From Chitinophaga pinensis (GTDB taxonomy: Bacteria > Bacteroidota > Bacteroidia > NS11-12g > UBA955): DNA of 64,000 bases. The stretch spans positions 12,938-76,937 of the forward strand of contig CAMDDG010000003.1 of the NCBI GenBank assembly GCA_945890895.1. Direction: 5' to 3'. Position numbers and translations under genes: made by a program. Under the pieces are notes generated by a model. It saw only the letters and a program-made list of their open reading frames with translations, was not told the DNA's origin and did no database searches. Of this stretch, positions 9,565 to 19,496 are shown in pieces. How positions within the stretch are numbered: position 1 is the first letter of the stretch; every line of letters begins with the position of its first letter.

Positions 9565-9891
9565 TTAACCTACTTTCTGCAATCTTAGTAGTTCAATTAA
9601 TGTATCAAGCTTTTGAAGTATCAAATCGTGATACTCAGTACTTTTAGCTTTAATAACAATTGAAGATGGATTTCCACCGAGTTCGTTTGAATCCTCGGTT
9701 TCAAAGAGGTCTGTTGGAGTAATTCCGAGAGTTTCGCAAATTTTCTCTAATGTATCCACTCTCATGGATTGCTTCTTAAGCATGTAGTGAAATCCTTGCT
9801 CACTCAACCCACACAATCTAGCCAGCTCTTTAATGGGAATTCTCTTTGCTGCGGCTAGATTTTTAATCTTGTTGTAATCTAGTTTACTCAC
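9565..9891 (-). CDS. Small helix-turn-helix transcriptional regulator.
   Basis: 108 aa. An HTH in IKELARLCGLSEQGFHYMLKK, then a C-terminal helical region. Confidence 0.5.
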   Translation of the reverse strand: MSKLDYNKIKNLAAAKRIPIKELARLCGLSEQGFHYMLKKQSMRVDTLEKICETLGITPTDLFETEDSNELGGNPSSIVIKAKSTEYHDLILQKLDTLIELLRLQKVG

Positions 9892-10178
9892 GTTTCAAGG
9901 TATTAGTTTGGCATAAAATTTTCTGCGGTTTCTATTAAAACTTGAATTTTGAGTAAATATTTTGTCAGCATTAAAATATTTAATTCTATTCTTCGTTAAA
10001 ACGAATAAAAAAAGACTTTAAAATATTATTAATCAATCAATTAACAACAAACTAAAGTCTTTTTGTGTCCATTTTATTGCAAATTAATGAATGTTACTAC
10101 TAAAATTAGTCATAGTAACCTTGCTTTTTCATAGTATTGAAAGAATGAATTAATGTCTTAAAAAAAGTAATCATTCAA

Positions 10179-10901
10179 TTAAAATTTTTTCTTCTTTAAA
10201 ATATCTAAAACGGAATCTTTGTAGTTTTTTCCTATAGGAATTTCAATATCACCTTCCAATACTAAAGAAGCATTTTGAATCAATTTAATTTTATTGATAG
10301 CAACGATGAAACTTCTATGAACACGTAAAAACATATCATCAGGCAATCCGTTTTCCATGTTACGCATCGTTTGCAAAGTAACCACTCTTTTATCTGGACC
10401 CGTCCAAATCTTTACATAGTCTGCAAATGCTTCCACATGGTGAATTTCCTTGAAGTGAATTTTTTGATGTTCACCATCAACTTTTACGTAAACGTAATCA
10501 TCTTTAGTGTCTGCTAATTCATTATTATTGGTTCTGTATTCCACATACTCTTCTAAACGTTTTACTGCCTTAGCTAAACGGTCTGGGCTGATGGGTTTAA
10601 GCATATAATCAAGCGCTTCAAACTCAAACGCATCTGCTGCAAAATTCGGATACGCAGTGGTGAAAATGATTGCATATGGCATAGGATAAACCTCTTTAAT
10701 GAATTCCAAACCTGTTTGTCCCGGCATTTGAATATCTGAAAACAACACATCCGGTTTTGATTCGTCCAGTTTCTGTTGTAATCCATTTGTAGAATTAGCA
10801 GTACCAACGATTTCAACGTTTTCGAATTTCTGCAATAAACTTTCTAATACAGTTAACGCTAAGGGTTCATCGTCAACTAAAAATGCTTTTATTTTATTCA
10901 T
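10179..10901 (-). CDS. LytTR family two-component response regulator.
   Basis: N-terminal receiver domain (FLVDDEPLAL...DIQMPGQTGLEF) and a C-terminal LytTR DNA-binding domain. Confidence 0.85.
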   Translation of the reverse strand: MNKIKAFLVDDEPLALTVLESLLQKFENVEIVGTANSTNGLQQKLDESKPDVLFSDIQMPGQTGLEFIKEVYPMPYAIIFTTAYPNFAADAFEFEALDYMLKPISPDRLAKAVKRLEEYVEYRTNNNELADTKDDYVYVKVDGEHQKIHFKEIHHVEAFADYVKIWTGPDKRVVTLQTMRNMENGLPDDMFLRVHRSFIVAINKIKLIQNASLVLEGDIEIPIGKNYKDSVLDILKKKKF

Positions 10902-11192
10902 AACTTTTATTTATTTCAATATAATTATTTTTTTACAAAATTCAGACTTAATCATTTCACTAATTAGCCTGTTTAATTATTTATTGGATCATACAAAATT
11001 TATTTAAATGAAGTTTTCAAAATCATATCATCTTTAACATATTTCAATCAAATTTAAAGTTGTAAATCTAGTTGAAATTCATCCATTCGATGATTGCTCT
11101 ATTCAAGTATATTTTTTTTATATCGAATTCAAATAAATTTTGAGTTAAAAAGTGGTTTTTTCAAATTTGTTCAATCCTATTCAAACTTAAAA

Positions 11193-12239
11193 TTAATTAA
11201 GTTGAATGATCAAATCTACTCGATAAACACCATTAGAAATAGATGATTTAATATCGTGTTTGTTCGGGTAAATTAAAGTTAATCGTTTTTTGATGTTTTG
11301 TAATCCTATTCCTCCCCTTTCTAAGCTCTTATATTCAGGATTGAATGAATTTTCAATTAGAAAACGAAAACCATTTTCTACACGGTGCGCATGAATATGA
11401 ATAAATCGGTGTTCGGGCAATACTTGTTCACTGTGTTTAAAAGCATTCTCAACTAAAGTTAAAAACAACATAGGTTCAACTAATTCATCATTGAGTTTAT
11501 CTTCTATTTCCAATTCAATTTTTACGCTGTTCCCAATTCTGAGCTTCTCAATCAATACATAGTCTTTTACATGCTCCATTTCCTTACGAATCGAAACTTT
11601 CCCTTGGTTGCTTTCATACAAAATATACCTTAATATGTTAGAAAGTCGTAAAACTACCTCTGGTGCTAAGTCCGATTTTGAAAGTGTTAAAGCATACAGA
11701 TTGTTCAATGAATTAAATAAGAAATGGGGATTAATCTGAGACTTCAAAAACTTAATTTCTGTTTGCAACTGAATTTGCTTGAGTTCCGAATTGGTTTTTT
11801 GATCCTTATACCACTGTTTTACTAACTTTAGAACCATGGTTAGAATAACCGAGAATAAAACATTAATAACCAAAAATAGGAAAAAAGTATCCGACCAAAC
11901 GAGATTTTGTAGTCCAGCATTATTTATCACCATGTGAACTACAATGCTCAAAGGAAAACACACACTTAATATCCCAAGAACTAAACTAATTAAATAAAGT
12001 ATATAACTTCGGGTTAACAGGAATCTAGGAATTAAGAAATCATTGTTGAAGTAGGCAGCAATTGCGTGAAATACAAGCAAACCATTGGAGATAATAAATG
12101 ACTCGAAAGTATTTTTTCCCCAAGGAAAAATAACGGAATAAACCATAGCATAAACCAACCAAAAAACGAGATGGTCTAATTTCCATTGAAGTAGAAATTG
12201 CTCAGATTTCTGAAAATATGTAGGACGTTGGTATGGCAA
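11193..12239 (-). CDS. Sensor histidine kinase of the LytS/YehU type (PF06580), with a multi-TM N-terminus.
   Basis: Four or five N-terminal TM helices, then FLKSQINPHFLFNSLNNLYALTL (the His_kinase motif), then a C-terminal ATPase-like region. Confidence 0.85.
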   Translation of the reverse strand: MPYQRPTYFQKSEQFLLQWKLDHLVFWLVYAMVYSVIFPWGKNTFESFIISNGLLVFHAIAAYFNNDFLIPRFLLTRSYILYLISLVLGILSVCFPLSIVVHMVINNAGLQNLVWSDTFFLFLVINVLFSVILTMVLKLVKQWYKDQKTNSELKQIQLQTEIKFLKSQINPHFLFNSLNNLYALTLSKSDLAPEVVLRLSNILRYILYESNQGKVSIRKEMEHVKDYVLIEKLRIGNSVKIELEIEDKLNDELVEPMLFLTLVENAFKHSEQVLPEHRFIHIHAHRVENGFRFLIENSFNPEYKSLERGGIGLQNIKKRLTLIYPNKHDIKSSISNGVYRVDLIIQLN

Positions 12240-12248
12240 ATGAATGGA

Positions 12249-12482
12249 TTACTTTCCGGTTTCGCGAATGATTTCTAATGCAAACTGAACAAATCTTCCA
12301 ATTTGAGAAATCTGTGCACCGGATTGAGTTTCGTTATTATTTCCGAAATCTACAATAGATCCATGAATTGGAAAATTAGAGAAATAGAAACTCGCAGCAG
12401 CAAATCCTATAATATTGATTACTAATAAAAGTATCAGTATCACGAACCGTTTGTTGTATTTCTTTTTCATTTCCATATTCAA
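12249..12482 (-). CDS. Small single-pass membrane protein of 77 aa, hypothetical. It sits 9 bp upstream of the LytTR-type kinase.
   Basis: N-terminal signal anchor (KRFVILILLLVINIIGFAAASFYF) followed by a short soluble tail. Same strand and tightly spaced with the kinase. Confidence 0.4.
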   Translation of the reverse strand: MNMEMKKKYNKRFVILILLLVINIIGFAAASFYFSNFPIHGSIVDFGNNNETQSGAQISQIGRFVQFALEIIRETGK

Positions 12483-12539
12483 TTTTCAAAAAATATGCCA
12501 AATTATCTCTTAGACGATTTAAGTCAGTTAAAAGTTACA

Positions 12540-14498
12540 TCATAACGAAAAAAAATCTAAAATAATTTTTTTACCCATATGTAATGTCATAGAATCTCTG
12601 TAATCCCAAGGCATTTCCAACTCTTGTGACTTTTTGTCAGTTGAAAGCCAATATGTCGCATCCTTTTCAATTATTCCCATTACACCGTACATACTGAACC
12701 AAGACATGCCAGAATGATTCTTTTGAAATATATTTCTTGAGTATTCAAATTCATTGGTAAACTTATTTTTAAAAACAAGACTGTTAATGCTTGAAGGAAC
12801 ATCCGTTTGTGAAACCACTCGATTAACTAATTCTTCTTTTTCTTGATTGTTTAATGATTTTTGTAGTTGGTCAATTGGTTTGCCATATATAAGAAATGGG
12901 ATATGAAAGAAATTTCGTTGTCCATAATGCGTATTCGATGTATTTAAATATTTACCATGATCAGAAATTAAGACAAATAGCGCATTTGAATCCATAGTTT
13001 GAATCTTTTTTATACATGCATATATGGATTGGTCTAATATCCGAACAGATTGTAAATATTTTTGAATTTCGGCATGATACTTTGAATTGCCGGCAACAGA
13101 TTTACGATTAAGGAACACTCGATTAATATCGTACGGTTCATGGGTACTAGATGTTAAAATTATGTTTAACTGTGGTTGGGTACTATTATTTATTTTGGTA
13201 ACTTTATTTCTTTTATTCTGAACAACATGCTCTGTTAAAACATCCATAACCACGGGATCAAAATACCCCCAATTGCCTTTAAGTTCAAATGGATTCACCG
13301 GCTTCAATGGTTTAGATTGAACCAACTTGGATTTTACTTTATATCTAACATTTGAAAACTTAAATGGATCCAAATTATTACTATTATATACTTCATGACT
13401 AATAGATGATTGAGAAAAAATAAAATCCATTTCCATTTGATTAATTTCTGATTCATCAATAATTTCCTCTACGCCCATAATCAATAAATAATCTTTTAAG
13501 TTGGCAAATTTTGAATTACCACCATAAAAAAATGATGAATGATAACCATTATTCTTAAAGGATTGCACTAAACTCGGAAGCTTTTTATATTTCTCGGGAT
13601 AATTTAAAATGCTTTGCCAAGGCTGTCCAGGCCAACCCGACAATATAGTTGCTACTCCTTTATCTGTTCGATCTCCACATGCGAATGTTTGTTTAAATCC
13701 CAAACCAGACTGAGCTAATTCATCTAATTTGGGCGTTGCATTTAAATTGGAATTCGAAAAATAATAAGATACTTCAGCAGAAACTCCCTCCAATATAAAT
13801 AGGTAAACATTAGGTTTTACTGAAATTTGAGTTGATTCAATAGGGCTAATTATTGCTCGAGAATTCGTTTTATCTTCTCCTCTATATTTACTCCAAAAAT
13901 CCGTTTTTGCTTCAAATTGAATAATATGATCAATATTTGGATGTTTTTCACTGTTGGTTAATTGAAAAAACACATTCCAAAGGCTATTCAACGTTAATTG
14001 ATTGTTTAATTCACTTTCTCCATGAAAAACGAAAGCTTCTGATATTTGTAATGGAATTTTTGACGTTCCACCTCTTATACCAATTACCAACATGAACCAA
14101 GTTGCGATAAAATAGAACCAATTTGAAAGTGAGTTATTTATATTCCTTGAAAAACGCTTTATTCTATTTTCAGACTTTGAAATAAATATGTAACACCCCA
14201 TTCCGAATAGGAGTACTCCAGCAGAAATAGAAGCGATTTGAAAAGTATTTAGTGAAGCTTGTATGGATTCGAGAGGGAATTTCAAAAAAGATAATGCTTG
14301 AGAATTAATTCTACTACCCCAGTACTTTAATAAAAGTACATCTGCAATTAAAACACACGCTACTCCAATTAACAATAAAACGTTGAATAAAATGATTAAT
14401 CGAAAGAATTTTTTCAAACTATTCGTAATGGTAAACCAAAGTATTCCCACCATACTGAGAAAATAACTCAATATATATGAAGTGGTAGATACATCCAT
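12540..14498 (-). CDS. LTA synthase/sulfatase (alkaline phosphatase superfamily) membrane protein. The likely start is the internal ATG at 14498.
   Basis: Four N-terminal TM helices, then a periplasmic sulfatase domain. The ORF-track N-terminal extension (14499..14681) contains a canonical intrinsic terminator hairpin, so translation most likely begins at MDVSTTSY. Confidence 0.7.
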   Translation of the reverse strand: MDVSTTSYILSYFLSMVGILWFTITNSLKKFFRLIILFNVLLLIGVACVLIADVLLLKYWGSRINSQALSFLKFPLESIQASLNTFQIASISAGVLLFGMGCYIFISKSENRIKRFSRNINNSLSNWFYFIATWFMLVIGIRGGTSKIPLQISEAFVFHGESELNNQLTLNSLWNVFFQLTNSEKHPNIDHIIQFEAKTDFWSKYRGEDKTNSRAIISPIESTQISVKPNVYLFILEGVSAEVSYYFSNSNLNATPKLDELAQSGLGFKQTFACGDRTDKGVATILSGWPGQPWQSILNYPEKYKKLPSLVQSFKNNGYHSSFFYGGNSKFANLKDYLLIMGVEEIIDESEINQMEMDFIFSQSSISHEVYNSNNLDPFKFSNVRYKVKSKLVQSKPLKPVNPFELKGNWGYFDPVVMDVLTEHVVQNKRNKVTKINNSTQPQLNIILTSSTHEPYDINRVFLNRKSVAGNSKYHAEIQKYLQSVRILDQSIYACIKKIQTMDSNALFVLISDHGKYLNTSNTHYGQRNFFHIPFLIYGKPIDQLQKSLNNQEKEELVNRVVSQTDVPSSINSLVFKNKFTNEFEYSRNIFQKNHSGMSWFSMYGVMGIIEKDATYWLSTDKKSQELEMPWDYRDSMTLHMGKKIILDFFSL

Positions 14499-14625
14499 TT
14501 TTAGACCACCTTTGAAAATTCTCCATAAATTGTCAAGATCAAATTCCCAACCAATAAACCATAAAGTGAGCCCACGATAAAATTGAAAAAATAGAAAAAC
14601 GAGAATACCTATACCCCAAAACCGA

Positions 14626-14658
14626 AAAAAAAGCCCGTTATAAAACGGGCTTTTTTTG
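14626..14658 (-). terminator. Rho-independent terminator (A8-GCCCGTT-ATAA-AACGGGC-T7) downstream of the NHL/PKD gene.
   Basis: Perfect 7-bp GC-containing stem with a 4-nt loop, flanked by an A-run and a T-run. It sits 25 bp past the stop codon at 14683. Confidence 0.7.
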
Positions 14659-14682
14659 ATATGTTGAATGTTGCAAATCAAT

Positions 14683-16536
14683 TTATTCGATGATTAATTT
14701 ACCCAATTGTACGTTCGATTGATTGGAGTTCAATATTACAAAATACAACCCAGATGGCAAATTTAATTCGAAATCATTTAGCTCATTTTCCATTGAATTT
14801 AACACCTTACATAATTTACCGGTTTGGTCATATAAATAAACAGTAGATTCCTTAGGTAACTGTGAAAAACGCAGCGAATTTTGAGTTGGATTAGGCCAAA
14901 ATTTAATAGCACTTAACGATAAATCACGATTATCGGTTAACACCACTTGAATGAATGAATTTTTATCTTTTTTATTTGATCCATTGTTGTTGGTAACTTC
15001 CAACGAAATAGTATACGAACCAACTGCGGTAAATTTAATTTGTGGATTTCTGTCATTTAAAGTTGAACCATTTGCAAGCGTATACGAAGAAGGACTAATT
15101 GTCCATTTATAAGATGATGGATTATTAGATGATAAGTCAATCAATGTAACTGTTTGGTTTACAATTGGAACCAAATCATTTGCTGTAAAATCGGCAATGG
15201 GTGCACCAACACTGTTTGTGGAAACAGTAATGTAATTGGTCTTCGTTTCAACATCGGTCGACGCTAAATTAGACCCAGTTAACTTTACCGTGTAAGATGT
15301 TGCCGAATTAAACGAAACATATATTTCTTTGTCCGTTAATTTACTTCCTGCTTGAAGTGTGTATGAACTTGGAGAAATCTCCCATAACAAACTGGTTTCA
15401 TTTTCAGAAGTTGAGGTAATTTTAATGGTTTGATTAACGATTGGGCTGGTTGTAGAAGCTACAAAATCTGCTTTCACGGTTAACAATAAAGGAACTTTTC
15501 TGATTACGTTGTTTCCGAAATCAGGCACATACATACTTTTTTCTGCTTTACGAAAATCCACATGCATCAATTGACCAAATCGTGCATCTAATACGGGTCC
15601 GTTAACATAACCTGATTCAGTTGCATGTCCCGCATAAATGGAAGTCGTTTTACCATTGTACATTTTGATACACGTTGCTTCCACGATGAAAATATTACCA
15701 TCCAGTGGAATTACATCTGGTGGGTAATTAAGGTTTGAAACAACCGTTGTTGTTACACCAGAAAAAATATTCACTCTTCGAATGCATTTGTTATTTCGAT
15801 CTGCTACCAAAAGAAAACTGTCATTATCTTCCATTGCCATACCCATTGGATAGGAAAAACGAGCAGCTTTACCTGTACCATCTTGATATCCTTTTCCTTG
15901 AGAACCATCGCCTGCTAGAGTTGATACTTGTCCAGATAAAATCTTACGAATACAATGATTATCGGTATCACAAACAAAAATCACACCTTTTTTTGAAAAT
16001 ACGATATCTTCTGGGGATGCAAACGCGGCATCGGCAACGGGTCCGTCCACATATCCCCCGAGAAAAGAAGGACTGCCTGCTTGAGTAGTCCAAGATGCTT
16101 CATTCGAAGAATTTACAAATCGAGTTCCTTTACGAATTAAGCAATTGTATCTATCCGCAACCCAAATATCTTGAGAATTTGGATGTACGGCCATACCTGC
16201 AGGATAGGTAAATCTGGAAACCAATCCAGTTCCATCTGTATTTCCAAGAGCTTGAGAAGAATATGGGTCTCCACGAAAACCGCCTCTATTTCTGGATGTA
16301 CTACCATCAATTAACATGATATTGTGTTCATCAGAAATATAGACGCGATTATTCGTATCTATTGCGATTCCGCAAGGTCTGCTGTAATATTCTTGGGCAA
16401 CCGGGTTCGACGCGGTTGAATTGAATTTTCCAGAATCTTTGTATTGAATTCCGGCTACAGTACTTACGCTTTGAGCTGATAAAGTAATCACTCCAGCAAA
16501 CAGCGTAAAAGCGAGGGTTATATATGGCTTAATCAT
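14683..16536 (-). CDS. Secreted NHL-repeat beta-propeller / PKD-domain protein with a T9SS type A C-terminal sorting domain.
   Basis: Signal peptide, then NHL-like repeats (YISDEHNIMLID, VADRYNCLIRK, FVCDTDNHCIRK, VADRNNKCIRR), two PKD-like domains, and a C-terminal Por_Secre_tail (FWPNPTQNSLRF...LYDQTGKL...GLYFVIL). Confidence 0.75.
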   Translation of the reverse strand: MIKPYITLAFTLFAGVITLSAQSVSTVAGIQYKDSGKFNSTASNPVAQEYYSRPCGIAIDTNNRVYISDEHNIMLIDGSTSRNRGGFRGDPYSSQALGNTDGTGLVSRFTYPAGMAVHPNSQDIWVADRYNCLIRKGTRFVNSSNEASWTTQAGSPSFLGGYVDGPVADAAFASPEDIVFSKKGVIFVCDTDNHCIRKILSGQVSTLAGDGSQGKGYQDGTGKAARFSYPMGMAMEDNDSFLLVADRNNKCIRRVNIFSGVTTTVVSNLNYPPDVIPLDGNIFIVEATCIKMYNGKTTSIYAGHATESGYVNGPVLDARFGQLMHVDFRKAEKSMYVPDFGNNVIRKVPLLLTVKADFVASTTSPIVNQTIKITSTSENETSLLWEISPSSYTLQAGSKLTDKEIYVSFNSATSYTVKLTGSNLASTDVETKTNYITVSTNSVGAPIADFTANDLVPIVNQTVTLIDLSSNNPSSYKWTISPSSYTLANGSTLNDRNPQIKFTAVGSYTISLEVTNNNGSNKKDKNSFIQVVLTDNRDLSLSAIKFWPNPTQNSLRFSQLPKESTVYLYDQTGKLCKVLNSMENELNDFELNLPSGLYFVILNSNQSNVQLGKLIIE

Positions 16537-16594
16537 TTATTTTTGATGGATTTACAACGAATTTATAAAAATGGAGCAAATCCAATGCCAAAAA

Positions 16595-17548
16595 TTACAA
16601 ATGACTTATCCCCAATAGAATATTTTGTTCAATATTTTCTAAAATTTGATCGTAGGAACGCTTCGTTAAAGATTTACCCAACATAACTTCATAAAGTTCT
16701 TGATACCTACCCGAAATGGATTCAACGAATTCATCATCCATATCTGGAACTATTTGACCTTCAAGACCTTGAAACCCATGATTCATTAACCATTCGCGCA
16801 CAAATTCCTTAGATAGTTGACGTTGCTGTTTTCCTTCGGATTGAAGTTGTTTATAGGTATCCGCATAAAAAAAGCGACTACTATCGGGAGTGTGGATTTC
16901 ATCAATTAATGTTGGCTCTCCATGGTATAAACCAAATTCATATTTGGTATCCACTAATATTAGATTCTTGGATGCTGCGTAATTTGAGCCAAATTGAAAC
17001 AACTCCAATGATTTTTCATAAAGCAGATCCAATTGTTTTTTGGATATGATTTTCTTGGATAAAATTTCATTGTAGGAAGTATCTTCATCGTGACCACTAC
17101 TTGCTTTGGTTGCTGGAGTAATAATTGGCGTAGGTAATTGATCATTTTCTTTTAAACCATCAGGTAATGTATTGCCACAAAGTTCTCTCCCACCTTCCTT
17201 ATACACTCTCCAAGCGTGACCGGTTAAATAATTTCTAACTACGAATTCAATAGGAATTGCATCACATCGTTTTCCAATAGTAACTTGAGGATCCGGATTT
17301 GAGATTTTCCAATTTGGTATAATGTGTGAAGTGGAATCTAAAAATTGATTGGCAATTTCAGTTAATACTTGACCTTTATTGGGTATACTTTTTGGCAGAA
17401 CATGGTCAAATGCTGAAATTCTATCGCATGCTACAATCACCAAATGTTCGTTTCCTATAAAGTATACATCTCGAACTTTTCCACGATAAAAGTTCGTTTG
17501 GTTTTTGAAATAAAAATTGGTTGAGGTAAGCGCTTTCATAGGGGACAA
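16595..17548 (-). CDS. purC: Phosphoribosylaminoimidazole-succinocarboxamide synthase (SAICAR synthetase, long form).
   Basis: YRGKVRDVY...VACDRISAFD...KGQVL; the long-form PurC architecture. Confidence 0.85.
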   Translation of the reverse strand: MSPMKALTSTNFYFKNQTNFYRGKVRDVYFIGNEHLVIVACDRISAFDHVLPKSIPNKGQVLTEIANQFLDSTSHIIPNWKISNPDPQVTIGKRCDAIPIEFVVRNYLTGHAWRVYKEGGRELCGNTLPDGLKENDQLPTPIITPATKASSGHDEDTSYNEILSKKIISKKQLDLLYEKSLELFQFGSNYAASKNLILVDTKYEFGLYHGEPTLIDEIHTPDSSRFFYADTYKQLQSEGKQQRQLSKEFVREWLMNHGFQGLEGQIVPDMDDEFVESISGRYQELYEVMLGKSLTKRSYDQILENIEQNILLGISHL

Positions 17549-17550
17549 AA

Positions 17551-18690
17551 TTAATCGTTTTTTGGTTCGATTGAACTATTTATTGGATCTTGATCCATTT
17601 GAGTTGAATTTGAAGCCGTATTATTAATATCGGATTCTTTGCTATTTATATCGGAATGTTTTTGAATTTCATTGGTTTGACCATTTGAACGTCTAGATTC
17701 TGATTGAAATTCATCGGATCGGTCATACGCTTTAATAATTTCCTTAACGAGTCGGTGTCTTACTACATCTTCAGTATCCAACTCAACGATGGATATACCT
17801 TTGATGTTTTTGAGGATTTTCAATGCCTTATACAAGCCAGATTGTTGTTTTCTGGGTAGGTCTACCTGGGTCATATCTCCGGTTATGATCAGTTTTGCAT
17901 TTGGTCCCATCCGTGTTAAAAACATTTTTAACTGTAAATCAGTTGAGTTTTGGGCTTCATCGAGTATTACATAACAATTATCTAAAGTTCTTCCCCTCAT
18001 AAATGCCAACGGTGCAATTTCGACCGTTCTAGATTCAACCATACTTTTAAGTTTATCTAAAGGTATCATATCTTCCAATGCGTCGTATAACGGCCTGAGG
18101 TAAGGATCTATTTTCTCTTTTAAATCTCCAGGTAAGAATCCCAAACTCTCACCTGCTTCCACAGCAGGACGAGTTAAAATAATTCGACGAATTTCTCGGT
18201 TTTTCAACGCTAAAACAGCCAGTGCTACTGCGGTATAGGTTTTCCCTGTACCTGCCGGACCAATAGCAAATAAAATATCATTGTCTTTGGATGCTTCCAA
18301 CATCCGTTTTTGGTTTTTGGTTTTAGCTTTGATTTTCTGACCACGTGTTCCAATAAACAACACTTCATCATCTGGATTTTCCGAAATCTGATTAACGTCA
18401 AAATCAATGGCCAAAGCTTCCTGAATTAATCGTTCATTTAACTCCCCTTTTTTTATGTACAATTTTTCTAACACTGCCATACCAGCAGCAAACGAATCCA
18501 AACTAGTTTGATCGCCAAATACTTTAATTTCATCGCCTCTAGCCACGAACTGCAATTTGGGATATTTGCTTTTTATCAAGTTGATGTGGACATTATTGGG
18601 TCCATAAAACAACTGGGGGTTGATAATTTCTAGGGTGTAAACTAACTCCGTCAATTTATTTGTAATATTTTTACAAATATATGGATTCAT
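17551..18690 (-). CDS. phoH: PhoH-like ATPase with an N/S-rich C-terminal tail.
   Basis: Walker A GPAGTGKTY and the PhoH core (TRPAVEAGESLGFLPGDLKEK). A low-complexity tail of about 55 aa. Confidence 0.85.
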   Translation of the reverse strand: MNPYICKNITNKLTELVYTLEIINPQLFYGPNNVHINLIKSKYPKLQFVARGDEIKVFGDQTSLDSFAAGMAVLEKLYIKKGELNERLIQEALAIDFDVNQISENPDDEVLFIGTRGQKIKAKTKNQKRMLEASKDNDILFAIGPAGTGKTYTAVALAVLALKNREIRRIILTRPAVEAGESLGFLPGDLKEKIDPYLRPLYDALEDMIPLDKLKSMVESRTVEIAPLAFMRGRTLDNCYVILDEAQNSTDLQLKMFLTRMGPNAKLIITGDMTQVDLPRKQQSGLYKALKILKNIKGISIVELDTEDVVRHRLVKEIIKAYDRSDEFQSESRRSNGQTNEIQKHSDINSKESDINNTASNSTQMDQDPINSSIEPKND

Positions 18691-19493
18691 TTGATGCTTC
18701 GAAGAGTGAGTTGATTCATTATTGGACGGATTTAGGGACAGAATCTATAGAATTTACTTTGGCTCAAGCCCGATTGTATCGAAATTTCCCCAAATTCAAC
18801 ATTGCTTTTAGTCCTTCGAGATTAAAAAAAGGCAATGTAATGGCTCAATCCATTATTTTTCGACAATTCAAAGACTATTTCCCTGCTGGTACCATTCATA
18901 TTTGTAACACATCCTTTGTTTCGGCTCAATCGCGTAGATTTATAATTTGTAAATTTTTGGATCAATGGTTTTTGGGTCCAGATAATGGTTTGTTTCATTT
19001 GGGATTTAATGACCCAGATATTGAATATTACCGAATTAATAATAATCATTTTGATAAAGACGCATTAGGTGAAATTTATATTCCAGCTGTTCGATTATTG
19101 ATTGAAAATCCTCAAAAACCATTGAATGAATTATTTGACCCGAAAACGGTTATGCTAAAACCATTTTTTGTTCAACCCGTAATCAATGAAAAGAACATAC
19201 GAATAACTTGCTTATACATTGACCATGAAGGTAGTGCCTATTTTAATATTACAAAGAATGAGTTTGATGAAATACGCAACGGTCGAAATGTTCTATTCAG
19301 AATGTTAACGGGTACTATTTATGTTATTCGGAACCAAGCCGAAGACGTAGACGAAGGAGAGATAGTAGCTTATTTTGATTGGGGGAATATTCTAAAATTG
19401 ACCCAGAATTCTGGGAATTTTTCTAAACATTTAGCTATTTATGAAAATTCACAAATCATTGTGGAATTTTCGGAATCTAAAAATTTATTATAA
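18681..19493 (+). CDS. SAM hydroxide adenosyltransferase family (DUF62, PF01887-like), divergent.
   Basis: N-terminal TDLG (compare TDFG), FPAGTIH, GPDNGL, and the C-terminal DHEGSAYFNI and GEIVAYFDWGNILK blocks. The DPGVG motif is replaced, so it is possibly non-canonical. Confidence 0.5.
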   Translation: MDSFDASKSELIHYWTDLGTESIEFTLAQARLYRNFPKFNIAFSPSRLKKGNVMAQSIIFRQFKDYFPAGTIHICNTSFVSAQSRRFIICKFLDQWFLGPDNGLFHLGFNDPDIEYYRINNNHFDKDALGEIYIPAVRLLIENPQKPLNELFDPKTVMLKPFFVQPVINEKNIRITCLYIDHEGSAYFNITKNEFDEIRNGRNVLFRMLTGTIYVIRNQAEDVDEGEIVAYFDWGNILKLTQNSGNFSKHLAIYENSQIIVEFSESKNLL

Positions 19494-19496
19494 AAC

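Noticed and set aside
9561-9567. The convergent stop codons of HMG-CoA lyase and the HTH gene are only 1 bp apart, with no terminator between them.
   Set aside because: Tail-to-tail packing is common in compact genomes and is not by itself evidence of anything unusual. I saw no hairpin.
10010-10065. Inverted repeat GACTTTA…TAAAGTC with a 32-nt loop downstream of the response regulator.
   Set aside because: The loop is too long and the stem too AT-rich for a confident intrinsic terminator. The match could be chance in AT-rich DNA.
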